The notes under the pieces were generated by a model, which was not told where the DNA came from, did no database searches, and saw only the letters and a list, made by a program, of their open reading frames with translations. Below, in pieces: positions 26,639 through 37,117 of a stretch of 64,000 nt of DNA. Source of the DNA: Podarcis vaucheri. Its lineage: Eukaryota. Every line of letters starts with the position of its first letter. Positions within the stretch are counted from its first letter, which is position 1. The stretch lies in assembly GCA_965113315.1 (NCBI GenBank), contig OZ220366.1; one strand, written 5' to 3'. The translations under genes and the position numbers were made by a program.

Positions 26639-27214
26639 TCAAGCCTGTAACCAATCCCTAATGCCTTGAAAAATATCCGCCAACCAAATATCATTGCCAG
26701 CATCAGATAGATGCACGCCATCCCAGCGGTAAAGCATTTCCTTGTCAAAACGTATACATGGGTGCTGGATGACCCGTCCTCCCAACTCGGCCACCTTACG
26801 CGCTACCGCGCGCTCCACGAGCCTCCTTGCCTTATTCACGGCAACAGGTTTCTCCGCGTCCCGCCAACATCGCCTTTCCAGCAAAGAGGACCAAATTATT
26901 GCGATGTTACCATGAGATGCCCTCAACAATTCTAGGTCATTGATAATGTTCCACATCAAATTAACCCCTTTTCTATAAGGCAGATCGTTCTCGCCCAGTT
27001 GGATGACCAAGGCCGTGGGAGGACCCTCAGCAGCGATTTTCTTGGATACAGCTGGGAGAAACTCCTCCCAACGCATACCCCTCCTAGTGATCCAAGACAC
27101 TTGCACCCTACTGGGTAATCGTAGCTCAGCATCCCAGCCCCTATGTTCGGCACGCCGTTTAGCCCAATATACGATGCTGTGGCCGATAACCCACAGACGA
27201 ACCGCACCAGAACC
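26639..27214 (-). CDS. Ngaro SGNH/GDSL-like hydrolase ORF
   Basis: Frame extends 5' of the listed ORF: GSGAVRLWVIGHSIVYWA (Ser block)...RRGMRW (Gly)...QLGENDL (Asn)...DGVHLS (His); no ATG before the catalytic Ser. Confidence 0.85.
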   Translation of the reverse strand, partial: GSGAVRLWVIGHSIVYWAKRRAEHRGWDAELRLPSRVQVSWITRRGMRWEEFLPAVSKKIAAEGPPTALVIQLGENDLPYRKGVNLMWNIINDLELLRASHGNIAIIWSSLLERRCWRDAEKPVAVNKARRLVERAVARKVAELGGRVIQHPCIRFDKEMLYRWDGVHLSDAGNDIWLADIFQGIRDWLQA

Positions 27215-27280
27215 TGAAATGAGAAATTGAAGAACCGGCTCAGGAAGAGTGTCAGGGGTGGGGTGGGGGTGGGGGGTAAT

Positions 27281-28153
27281 TTAGAAGGGCTTCCGGATAT
27301 AACCCCGGTATGCATTAGATTTCCAGCGCCCCATATCCATAATTCTCTCCGCCGGTAAACCCATATGGGCGGCAGTGGTCGCCGCCCCAATGCGAAAGGA
27401 GTGCGCAGCGTACTCCTCCTGAGGAAGCCCGATGGCGGCAATTGCTTTACGCATGACCCTCGTGAACTGTTGTTTTGATAAGGGGGAACCATCTGAGTGT
27501 ATGAAAAAAGGGCCACTAGAATTTGGCCTTACACACATATACTTCCTGGCATCCTTAACAGGGCAAGGGCCTGCCTTCTGAGACGCCTGAAGGCGGACCA
27601 AAGCTCCCTTACCGAGCTGGTCCGTCTTTGAGCTACGGATTTTTATTAACACGTGTGTACTGGCCACGGTCACGTCCTCCAGCAATAGTCCCTTAGCGTC
27701 TGCGCTGTCCTCACAGACCACCTCGCCTATTCGCAGGGCGCCAAAGAAAGCGAAAGAAAACGCTGCCGAGAATAATCTGGCTTCAGATCTTGACCAGCAC
27801 AGGGCCCTCAGCTTCCTACGAATTCGGTTGAGTATGTCTAGAGTTATGGGTCTTCTCCTGTCCTGGCCGTGGGGCCTGGATCTACGCCAGCCTTCCAGCA
27901 TCTTACGAACCACAAAATGCGAACAGGGATCAACGGAAAACAAGGTTTTAGAAAAGAAGGATATCGCTGCTGAGTGAATGTTGAGAGTTTTGGGGGCCCG
28001 ACCAAGATCTCTAAGATGAACCAAATACTCTATAACTTCCGACTTGGACGGTGGCCTGCCTGGCTTGAACCGCTCCTTTTTAACGCGGAAGGATGTAAAG
28101 TCTAGCCATGCCTTATTATACGATCTCAGGGTAGAAGGCGCTAGCGCAGACAA
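27281..28153 (-). CDS. Ngaro tyrosine recombinase (integrase)
   Basis: Catalytic set GALRIGE (R), KTDQ (K), HSFRIGAAT (HxxR), GRWKS..Y..Y; no ATG at the start (TTG), frame open further upstream. Confidence 0.93.
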   Translation of the reverse strand: MSALAPSTLRSYNKAWLDFTSFRVKKERFKPGRPPSKSEVIEYLVHLRDLGRAPKTLNIHSAAISFFSKTLFSVDPCSHFVVRKMLEGWRRSRPHGQDRRRPITLDILNRIRRKLRALCWSRSEARLFSAAFSFAFFGALRIGEVVCEDSADAKGLLLEDVTVASTHVLIKIRSSKTDQLGKGALVRLQASQKAGPCPVKDARKYMCVRPNSSGPFFIHSDGSPLSKQQFTRVMRKAIAAIGLPQEEYAAHSFRIGAATTAAHMGLPAERIMDMGRWKSNAYRGYIRKPF

Positions 28154-28161
28154 TACTCCCT

Positions 28162-29826
28162 TTAATGCTTCTCGTTGCCAATACTCCAGAGGTGCTCCGG
28201 GAATGGTTGCGGCTGCTGCTGCGCATCCGGCGCCAATGAGCGAAAGCGTTCCATCTGGAAACGAGATAGAGCATCCACAATGTTATTATCAATACCGGGG
28301 ACAAACTTGGCAGAAGCGTGAAGGTTCATCCGCAGGCAGGAAAGGACAAAGTACCGTAAGAGGGAGGCTACCCTAGGCGAATGCGATGACTGTTTATTCA
28401 AGACTGAAACGACCGCTAGGTTGTCCGTCCAGAAACAAACCCTATGGTTTCTGAACTGGTCCTCCCACAAGTGGATTGCCGCTACAATGGGGAAGAATTC
28501 TAGGAATGTCAAGTCTCGTAGAATTGGCTTGCCTTGCCAGGAGGGAGGCCAGCGCTGTGCACACCACTGGCCCCTGAAGTAAACCCCGAAACCCAAGGAC
28601 CCCGCCGCGTCTGAATGTACCTGGAAATCTGACCGAAGTGCCAAGGTGTCTTGCCAGAGCGATACACCGTTGAAACTATCCAAGAATTGCAACCAGACAA
28701 GGAGGTCTGCTTTTACTGCCTTGGAAAGGCGTACCCTATGATGGGGTGACCGCAAACCCGTGGACAGCTTAGCTAAGCGTCCACAGAAAGGACGGCCAGG
28801 GGAAACTACACGACAGGCAAAGTTGAGGTGCCCCAGAAGGGATTGAATTTGCCTCAATGTGACCTTCTTTAAAGGCAGCATTTGGCCAATAAGTTCTCTC
28901 AGGGCAACCAATTTGTCAGCTGGCAAGCGCGAGGTTTGGGCTGCAGTATCAAGTTCAATCCCCAGGTAGGTCATGGTCGTGACTGGACCCTCAGTTTTTT
29001 CACTTGCCAGGGGGACCCCCAGCTCTCTGGCTAAGGACTCGAAAGCCATGAGGAGAGACCTGCATTCCCCAGCGTCACTTGCCACCAAAATAAAATCATC
29101 CAGATAATGACCCACCCCTAGCGAACCAGTTCTAAACTTTAGGGCCCATTCCAAGAACGTGCTGAAGGTCTCGAACGCAGCGCAAGCAATAGAACAACCC
29201 ATGGGCATAGCTTTGTCGATGAAGTATGCTCCCTGGAATTTGAAACCCAACCAGCGGTGGTCTTCCGGATGAACCGGGAGTAAACGGAATGCTGACTCGA
29301 TGTCGCATTTTGCCAAAAAGGCGCCCCTGCCAAAGCTCCTTACCAACCGCACGGCTTGGTCGAATGAAGAGTACTTCACCGTACACATCTCTTGGGGAAT
29401 GGCATCATTAACCGAAGTTCCTTTAGGATAGGACAGGTTGTGTATCATTCGAAATTCACCGGGGGCCTTCTTTGGGACAATACCCAGCGGGGAGATGTGA
29501 AGCCCCTCAATAGGCGGAGTTGCGAATGGACCGGCTACCCTGCCGGCTGTAATTTCCTTCTGTATCTTTTTAAGCGCGATGTCGGGCCTTTCTAACACTG
29601 ATTTCTGGTTAGGGGGGCAAGCGGAATTGGGTGTAAAAGCAATCGGAATTCTAAAACCTTCAGAAAACCCTTCCTCGAGTAGTTGAGCTGCACGTCTATT
29701 TGGATAGAACTTCAAGAGTGCTCTCATGGGCTCCAGTTTTATCGGAGAGCACGCGAGGCCTAGGGAGACGTTAATACCGGGCACCGGCTGGCCCTTGGGC
29801 GGGGGGTGCAGTTCCGGCGGAGCCAC
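28162..29826 (-). CDS. Ngaro reverse transcriptase / RNase H
   Basis: SPLGIVPKK...FRMIHNLS...KCDIESAFRLLP...MPMG...YLDD (RT); SDAAG...LEFFPI...TDN...DALSR (RNase H). Annotated start is GTG; first ATG at 29727. Confidence 0.93.
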   Translation of the reverse strand: MAPPELHPPPKGQPVPGINVSLGLACSPIKLEPMRALLKFYPNRRAAQLLEEGFSEGFRIPIAFTPNSACPPNQKSVLERPDIALKKIQKEITAGRVAGPFATPPIEGLHISPLGIVPKKAPGEFRMIHNLSYPKGTSVNDAIPQEMCTVKYSSFDQAVRLVRSFGRGAFLAKCDIESAFRLLPVHPEDHRWLGFKFQGAYFIDKAMPMGCSIACAAFETFSTFLEWALKFRTGSLGVGHYLDDFILVASDAGECRSLLMAFESLARELGVPLASEKTEGPVTTMTYLGIELDTAAQTSRLPADKLVALRELIGQMLPLKKVTLRQIQSLLGHLNFACRVVSPGRPFCGRLAKLSTGLRSPHHRVRLSKAVKADLLVWLQFLDSFNGVSLWQDTLALRSDFQVHSDAAGSLGFGVYFRGQWCAQRWPPSWQGKPILRDLTFLEFFPIVAAIHLWEDQFRNHRVCFWTDNLAVVSVLNKQSSHSPRVASLLRYFVLSCLRMNLHASAKFVPGIDNNIVDALSRFQMERFRSLAPDAQQQPQPFPEHLWSIGNEKH

Positions 29827-31261
29827 CCCTGTTTCCCCGGGAGAGGTGACCCCTGCCCCCCCGAAAGGGCTGCTGCCTCCCTTTGAAGCAGTTGACTGCA
29901 GAGTGGCTGCCTAAGCACCTCTCGCATTCGTGCAGGTACTTACAGGTAACGCGTTGACAGGTACCCCTGTTGAAGTCCCAGCACTGTCTACGGCGTTGGG
30001 TCTCCACCTTACCAGCTTTTGGCTGTTGAGCGGTTTTCTTCTCGATATTGGGCCCCACGTGTTCGAACCAGCAGTTGTTGTCCATTTGGTCCCAGCGCAT
30101 TGAAGACAGTAGCGAGGCATTCCTCCGAAAGTCTTCATCGTACGCCAAAGCGGCCTCATCACCTGCCTGCTCCCGTGCCCTCCTGACGTGAGCCAGGTAG
30201 GACACGAGGTGCGCGCCCCTCTTAGGATAACAACTTGACACCACAGCCATAAACACCTGATAGCCATTGAGCCAATTCTCAAAAGATCGCTCTACCCGGG
30301 GTACCCTGTACCTCCTCTTCCCATAGTACTTAATTTTCTCCCCTTTCCCCTTTACCTGGGCCGGTGGCAGCAAGGAAAACATATCAACGTAATTACCATT
30401 CAATATCTTGTTCCTTTTCCTCTTAGAGAGGTGGTTCCCCAGAATAAAGTCCGTGGCAGCGTTGGTTGAGACTTTAACGTCTGGGACCAGAGCCCCATCC
30501 TTCCAGTCAAGTGTGCCATTAAATGCCTTCCTGTGTGAGTTGGCCCTTCGTTCATGCACCCACTGGGGAGCTCCCACTTCCTCGCCCTCCCCCCAATAAG
30601 TTTCCATTGGGGCGTCACTATCCCCATCTGATGAAGAGGTACCTGTTTCATCCTCGGAGTCCGAAGTGTCCCTCTTCTTGCTTTTCTTCGACCGATGCTT
30701 CTTCTTCGCCTTCCTCTTTCCGCCCCGAGGAGCATCGTCACGGGGGGCCGGGTCGGAGGCAGCGGCCACCTGCTGGGGGGGCAGCTCCTCCTCAGAAGAT
30801 GACTCTTCTGAGGTGCTTGGTTGTCTAGGGTTATCCTGGAAAACACTGGGAACATCAATCACCTCCCGGCGCGGGGCCGATGTAGAGGCCACCGCTGGTC
30901 CGGCCCTTTGCGCGCTTGACCTAGGTTTTTTAGCTGGTGCCTTGCCTTTTAGTGGACCCGACTTAGATTTTTGAGTCTTGGCAGCTTGTAAGCGCGTCCG
31001 TGGCCTGCTGGGGGCCTGCTCAGCCGCGTTAGCTGCACTAGTGGAAGGACCATCCCGACCCTGCTGGCTGGGAGGGGTGTCCGGTATGCAATCCTGTGGC
31101 AACTCAACGATGTTCGGGGAGGGAGTGATAGGCGCTGTGCACTGTGCGTAGAATGCTTGCAGTGCGGAAACGAGCTGAGCCACAACCTGCGGGTTACCAG
31201 GGCCTGTTGGCCTTAAGGCATTGCCAAGCTGAGGTTGTTGGGGGTTGTTGTTGCTCTCCAT
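29771..31261 (-). CDS. Ngaro Gag-like ORF1
   Basis: 496-aa ORF; low-complexity N-terminus, conserved DIRS-type core (YVDMFSLL...SFENWLNGYQVF...YDEDFR), C-terminal zinc finger CWDFNRGTCQRVTCKYLHECERCLGSH, RGG tail. Confidence 0.85.
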   Translation of the reverse strand: MESNNNPQQPQLGNALRPTGPGNPQVVAQLVSALQAFYAQCTAPITPSPNIVELPQDCIPDTPPSQQGRDGPSTSAANAAEQAPSRPRTRLQAAKTQKSKSGPLKGKAPAKKPRSSAQRAGPAVASTSAPRREVIDVPSVFQDNPRQPSTSEESSSEEELPPQQVAAASDPAPRDDAPRGGKRKAKKKHRSKKSKKRDTSDSEDETGTSSSDGDSDAPMETYWGEGEEVGAPQWVHERRANSHRKAFNGTLDWKDGALVPDVKVSTNAATDFILGNHLSKRKRNKILNGNYVDMFSLLPPAQVKGKGEKIKYYGKRRYRVPRVERSFENWLNGYQVFMAVVSSCYPKRGAHLVSYLAHVRRAREQAGDEAALAYDEDFRRNASLLSSMRWDQMDNNCWFEHVGPNIEKKTAQQPKAGKVETQRRRQCWDFNRGTCQRVTCKYLHECERCLGSHSAVNCFKGRQQPFRGGRGHLSRGNRGGSAGTAPPAQGPAGARY

Positions 31262-31289
31262 GAGTAAGCCGAAAGCCGCGCCTCGGGGA

Positions 31290-31470
31290 NNNNNNNNNNN
31301 NNNNNNNNNNNNNNNNNNNNNNNNNNNNNNNNNNNNNNNNNNNNNNNNNNNNNNNNNNNNNNNNNNNNNNNNNNNNNNNNNNNNNNNNNNNNNNNNNNNN
31401 NNNNNNNNNNNNNNNNNNNNNNNNNNNNNNNNNNNNNNNNNNNNNNNNNNNNNNNNNNNNNNNNNNNNNN
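31290..31470. other. assembly gap (181 N)
   Basis: N run just upstream of the gag ATG. Confidence 0.99.
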
Positions 31471-32968
31471 CTATTTGTATATATTTGAGTGAGTGGGACT
31501 AAATCACTATCAATCTAGCCTGCTATGGCTGGCTAGAAACTTGCAACAGACACGGCCAGATTAAGCTGCCAGGAAACAATGGCTCCAACTACTGGTCGTT
31601 AGCCTTAAATTGTCCTGCTGGCTGGCAAGACAATAGGGTTTCTATGGAAACCTACGAGCTAACCAGCAGCGCTTGGAAACCTTCAGTGACACACTCACGC
31701 GTTCCTATGGCAACGCCAGGTGAGCCTCCAGGCAGGGCAGGCCTGGAAAGGCCAGGAAAACAGAGGGGATTGTGGTCTCTGTGGCCAGCTGGTTCCTGCC
31801 GCCCCAGTAAAATACTCTATATTTATCTATTTGCCCCAAATATAATCGACTAACAAGCTGAGAATAGCCTAGTAAACCCCCAAATACCCTTTAGATACCC
31901 AGAGTAAATAGTGCAAGCAAACTACTATTAAAAGTTGAGGTTAAGGCAGGCAAGAAGAGAAAGCACCAATCACAATTAAAGACCAACAACTGCCCCCACG
32001 CTCCACGCAAAGGATAGATGAATCAGCAGAGGCTGGGCAAGGAGTTATTGCGCAGCAGGCAAACCGATCGAAATAATTATAAAATTTAAGCAGGCGGCAG
32101 TTGAGCTAGGCAAAGGGTGAATTTTAATTTTATTCTATTTATTTATTTATTTATTTTATTTTATTGAATTCAACCTCTTGTCTGCCCTTATAAGAGAGAG
32201 AGAAGCCGTCACCAGTCCCTATTAAATTGTACAGAGAATCCTCAGGGGGAATTGCCAGGCAAAGCAGCTGTTGCGATGGTAAAGTTATACGAGGGAGGCT
32301 GCAAGCTGAGCCCCCTTTTGCTTATAATGCCTCACTTAAGATGGCGGCCGTGGATGCCACGTGGTACCAACAAAATGGCGGCCGGCAAGGTCGTCGTTAA
32401 GGCAACCAGGACGCCTACGTGCAAGGAAATGCCGCTGAGGGGAGCCTACGCAACGCGGCACAGTGTACTAAGGATGCAACGCGAAGTAAAGGAGCGGAGA
32501 GGGGCAAAATCAATCCAAGCAAGCAAACGGCGAGGGCGCGCAACCGCTGCTGACCGGTGCGCGCACGGACTAGCGCTCGAGCCCTTTAGGACGGAGCCCT
32601 GTAGAATGAGACTGTGCTTGCGCGATCGCTCCGAGACCCGGACCGCGCGCTCCCACCCCCAAAACCAAAACTGAGCCGCCAAACAGCTGATCCGCCCGCC
32701 CAAAAGCTGATCCACCCGCCCAACAGCTGATCCGCCCGCGGCTTGCCCGCTTTCCGGCTTTCACCTTCCGTGAGCGCTGAAGCAGCTCACGCTATCCCGT
32801 TCCGGCAGGGGCTGAAGACCAAGCGGGTGGGCGGGCACAACGATCAGGGATCCGCGGTGAGATGCTGCCCGACGCGATCCTCCGCGGCAAAAGCTGGCCG
32901 TCAATTCCGCTCCCGAACGACAGAGAAAAAACAAACAAACAACAAGGCGGAAATCCCGGCTCGCGACC

Positions 32969-33202
32969 AAACCGCGTCGGCTGCTAGGGGAAAAGGGGCG
33001 AGCCCCAGGGCTGCCCCGACCTTAAGTGGCCTCTGGGAGGCCCCGCCCCTGCCGCCAGCTGATTGGCTGGCGCTGCGGGGGGATGGATGCAAACTAAGGG
33101 ATTTCCTGACCCCGCGAGGCTGGCGCCAGCCTCGCGGGAGTGAGAGTGGGCGGGGTCGTGAGCCCGCAACCCCCCCTCCTCCTGAGTTCGGAATGGGCAT
33201 TG
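32969..33202 (-). repeat. Ngaro terminal repeat A1 (234 bp)
   Basis: No differences seen versus 25974-26207. Confidence 0.92.
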
Positions 33203-33300
33203 TGGCATGGGAGCATGAAGGGACTAACACTGAGAGGCAACAGGAAACAACAGGAAATATCTGAATAGACTGGGAAGGGAGAAACACTGAGGCATTTGTC

Positions 33301-33344
33301 GGTTGGTTGGTTGGTTGGTTGGTTGGTTGGTTGGTTGGTTGGTT
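33301..33344. repeat. (GGTT)11 microsatellite
   Basis: direct reading. Confidence 0.95.
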
Positions 33345-35650
33345 GTTTTTTAAAAAAATTACCAAGGCGAAATAATAGAGATGGTTATGATACAGAAGCC
33401 AACGTCAGAAAGCCAGCACAGCAAAGTCATTCTCAACTTGCTTCTTGTTGTGCTCAAACCTTGTTTTAGACCACCGTTTCTTTCCTCTCAGAATCTCACT
33501 CAGCTTGCTCTCCTCAGACATTTGCCACTGTCTGAAAACCCCTTTCCCCTTCAGCGCTGTTGCATCCCTGTTTTACTCAGTCCTTCCCTTCTTCCACTCA
33601 GCTGCCTCATAGTGAGAGTCCTCAAATTTCATTTCATTTCTGGTACCATGTGTTGCCTACTACACAAAAGGCTCATCCACACTTCTGCTGTGCCTAGAAA
33701 GCACAGGCCCAAGCAGTTTTCCCCTTGCCCTGCTTCTTCCCAAGGGAAAACCCACTCCTTAGCAATAGAGCAGAACAAACAGCAACCCAGGGAAAACCCA
33801 AATTGCTGTTTGCACTGATTGAGCACTAAAAAGCGGTTTTCTCCAGGGCAAGAGGAAGTGTGGATAAGCCCAAAGTTCCAAATTCAATGCAGTAATCTAG
33901 GACAGGCATTCTATTATCAAGCAAACACCCATACAGGTGCAACATCCATCACAACCTTCTGCAGCTGAACAAACGAACAGCCTTGCTCTATTCATCTTAA
34001 ACATACAGTAACATATATTTGCAGAAGTGTGATATAGGAGGGAAGAGGCATGGAAACGGTTGTTTCTATGCAAAGAAGAGTTGGTAAGGGGGGGTGAAAA
34101 TTGTGTGTGCAAAGGGAGCTGCAGGATATGAGGTTGGTATGGAAATGGGGGTGCTCTGTGTGGAAGGGGTAGTTGGAGAGAGGGAGGGGAAAGGGTGAAG
34201 GTGAAAATGGGGGAGTGCAAAGGAGAGTTGCTAAAAGCGGGCAGGAGGCATGGGCATGGGGTGAAGATGAAGGAAGAGGGGTGGCTTCATAATTGGGTGG
34301 AACGGGAAAAGGGTGCTTAGTAGTTGCAATGTGTGGGAGGATGGAGATGCGGGAGATGACCCTGGAGTTGGTCTGTGAACAAGGTGGAGGTTGCGGAAAA
34401 GGAAAGGGGAGAAGAAGGCATGGACTTGGGGTGATGTTGAAAACACGTGCAGACCAGACTTCAGAACAGAAGGGAGACGCTGGGATGATTTCTTGATTCA
34501 GCAAGCAAGTGTCTTGTGGAGGGATTGTCGGGGAGAGGAGTATATAAGTGCAGTATATAGAAGAGCATAAGAGTATATAAGAGCAGGGTGTCATAGTCCC
34601 CCTTGTATTGTAATAAAAACAATCCAGTTAGCCAAGAACAGCCCATATTGGAAACCAAAAGGGAGGGGATTGTATTCTTTCGTGTTGCTATGATCCCATT
34701 TTGTTAACTCAGAAGCAGGATGCATAAGTGGCAGCTTTAAGATGAGTGCATGCATTCAATATGTGCAGCTGCTTTTTTGCAGTTCTGTACATGGATATCT
34801 TGCCCACAAGCATTTGGTAGTTCTCTTCCTGGTGTTCTCTCATTGTATGGAATGCATGGATGGTGATGTGCTGTCCCCCTTTGTCAGTGATTTCATACTT
34901 GCTTACTGTCTCTAGGTGCCACTATAGTGCTGATTGCTTCACTGTTCACTTTAGCATATGTGAAATGCAACGAACTCTTGAGTCTCCTGGCCACTAGGAG
35001 ATGGACTTCTGTAGCACCTGGGGGGCCACAGGTGCCCCATCCCTAACGTAAGGACCCCATTTAGCATTATTCAAAACAGTTGTTGATAGATAAGTCTTCC
35101 ATGAATTTGTTTAATCCGCTTCTAATGCCCTTTAAGCTAATGATAATCACTACAACGTTTAGGAATGAATTGCATAAATGAATTCTGTGTTGTGTGGAGA
35201 CATATTTTTGCTGCTTCAGAATTCCCAGACAATGAAATTTCATTTGATGCCAAGTTCTAGTATTTTTGACAGAGGGAGAAGAACTTCCCTTTATTCATTA
35301 TACCGAAGCAATTTATACACTGTGCTTTTGTAGATAATGTGAAGAGTGAGAATACATACTAGTTATGACTCCCCTCACTGGGTTGGGGCAAAACAACGAT
35401 TGCAAAAAATAATACTCAAAATATCCCAAACCATAAAACCTTGCCATTTTTGCTTTTACAGAAAGCCAATTAATGGTGCCACTTAGCAATTGCATCCCAT
35501 TTGGGTATGCCAAGGTTTCCTCATTTATGCATATAATATGTTATTAACCATTATTATCACAGTTATTTTTCAAAATTCCAAGCATTTCCTATATTTGCCT
35601 CAACCAAATAATGATTTAAGTAAGGATCCAAACATATTTAAACTCCAATC

Positions 35651-35668
35651 TTTATTATTATTTTTATT
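35651..35668 (-). terminator. tandem polyadenylation signals of the cysteine-rich protein gene
   Basis: Two AATAAA on - strand (35663-35668, 35651-35656) ~220-240 nt after the stop. Confidence 0.6.
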
Positions 35669-35889
35669 AAAATAATACCATAGATTATGTAACTCTTTAA
35701 TTCTTAGGAAAAGTTCATTGACATTCATGAGAGCTGATGTAGCTTTAAGATTCTGGCACTGAACTAGATGACCCTCAAAGTCCCTCTCAAAGCTAAAATT
35801 CTGCTACTGTATTCCCTAAAACACCGGGATGCTTATTTAGTAATGCTGTGGAACTACCACCACCCAGCTCCCATGATACAGGGCACTTT

Positions 35890-36399
35890 TTACCCTAGCG
35901 AGCATTTAGAGGTTAAGGTGCACTGAAGCTGCCCCCCATTTGGGGGACACTTGCAAATTTTACATTCTCTTTCAATGACTTCACCAGCAGGTACAAAATT
36001 TTCATCATCAGTGGGACATGCGCACATTCCACAGCCATCCTGGGGTCTTCCTATATACTTGCAAGCTGGAGAAATTTTAGGGCAAGTGGAAGCGCAGACA
36101 ATGTTATGATCTTCTCCACAGGTACACTTTCGGGTCCCAAAGTCAATAATCACAGACTGTCCCAGGAGAAGGATGCCATCTTCATAGCCTTCCTGGATAC
36201 AAGCTTCCTTCAGAAACGCAGGGCACTTGCACTGAGGGATGCAGCGCGGACAGCACTGGTCCTTACGGGTCACGGCTTTGTGATTGTCAGGACAAGCTAG
36301 GCAGAGAACAGCAGTACAGTCTGGCCTGTGATGCTTGCAGTCACCATTTTGTAGGAAGCAGCAGCTCAGCAGCAGACAGAGGAAGTGCTTAGGCTTCAT
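35890..36399 (-). CDS. secreted cysteine-rich protein, stand-alone fibulin-2 N-terminal (Na)-like domain, 169 aa
   Basis: Signal-peptide-like N-terminus (MKPKHFLCLLLSCCFLQNGDC), then 22 Cys whose order and flanking motifs (DCTAVLC, CCPRC, CKC, GQSVIIDFGTRKCTC, CKICKCPPNGGQLQC) follow the fibulin-2 Na domain; stop immediately after. Confidence 0.85.
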   Translation of the reverse strand: MKPKHFLCLLLSCCFLQNGDCKHHRPDCTAVLCLACPDNHKAVTRKDQCCPRCIPQCKCPAFLKEACIQEGYEDGILLLGQSVIIDFGTRKCTCGEDHNIVCASTCPKISPACKYIGRPQDGCGMCACPTDDENFVPAGEVIERECKICKCPPNGGQLQCTLTSKCSLG

Positions 36400-37117
36400 T
36401 ACTCTGGATCAAATGCAAAGAGGTCCTTTTAGCAGCATAGCAATTTTTGCTCATTCATGGCTTTCTATTATCTCGCCCAACTTTGCCTTTTTAAATACAG
36501 AGCTAATGCCCTCTCTCAGTAGAACACCAATTTACATAGCATTTTCTCACACCAGGGGCACAAACACTGATTACATAGCACATTGCGGATTGGCTCACAG
36601 AATCAGCCCCACTGGAGCTCAGGGTACACTTCCCAATGGATTGCCTTCAAAGCAACATGCTGCTCCTGATAGTTGCCTTCTCCAGCCTCCGATGATACTC
36701 GGACCACTTGTTCAAGGAAGTGCCACTTACAACCCCTTTGGGCCTCGTTCCTGCTGTTGTGTGTGTGTGTGCAGTTATAAAATGTATTACATTTCCAAGC
36801 CTTAGCTTCATAAAATTTGAGGAGTGCTAAAAATTGGTAACATTCTGTCAAAAACCTATTACTGCAGAAGGAAGGAAGGATCTTGTGCAGCTCTTTCTAT
36901 TTCTTAAAAACAGCAAACTGTCCTTCAGATGCAGTCAGCATTTCTAACTTTATTCCATGATAATAAAGGGGAATGCATTGGGTCAAATGCTTAGCTGATC
37001 TATGAAAAGGGGAAATAGCTTTAGTTTACCTGGATAGGCTTCAGGTGTGGGTGTTGCAAGTGGTTTGGTCCTCAGGTAGTGATATTTCCTCAGTAGCTGT
37101 TCAGCTGGAAGGTATGC

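Larger units (their letters stand above)
25406..33202 (-). mobile_element. Ngaro-type (DIRS order) tyrosine-recombinase retrotransposon, full length
   Basis: gag, RT/RNaseH, YR and SGNH hydrolase ORFs; split direct repeats A1-ORFs-B1-A2-spacer-B2; no methyltransferase domain; 181-N gap inside. Confidence 0.92.

Noticed and set aside
26956-27516. 186-aa minus-strand ORF overlapping YR and the hydrolase
   Set aside because: Alternative frame of two real ORFs; no recognisable motifs
32685-32738. CRISPR-like short repeats
   Set aside because: Eukaryotic context; spacers are only a few bases and there are no cas genes
25406-33202. Calling the element DIRS1-type or an LTR retrovirus
   Set aside because: No inverted terminal repeats, no methyltransferase, no DDE integrase or protease; it has YR, a hydrolase and split direct repeats
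33992-34594. 200-aa Pro/Ser/Leu-rich minus-strand ORF
   Set aside because: Reflects the pyrimidine-rich strand of a dispersed repeat also present near 800-1240
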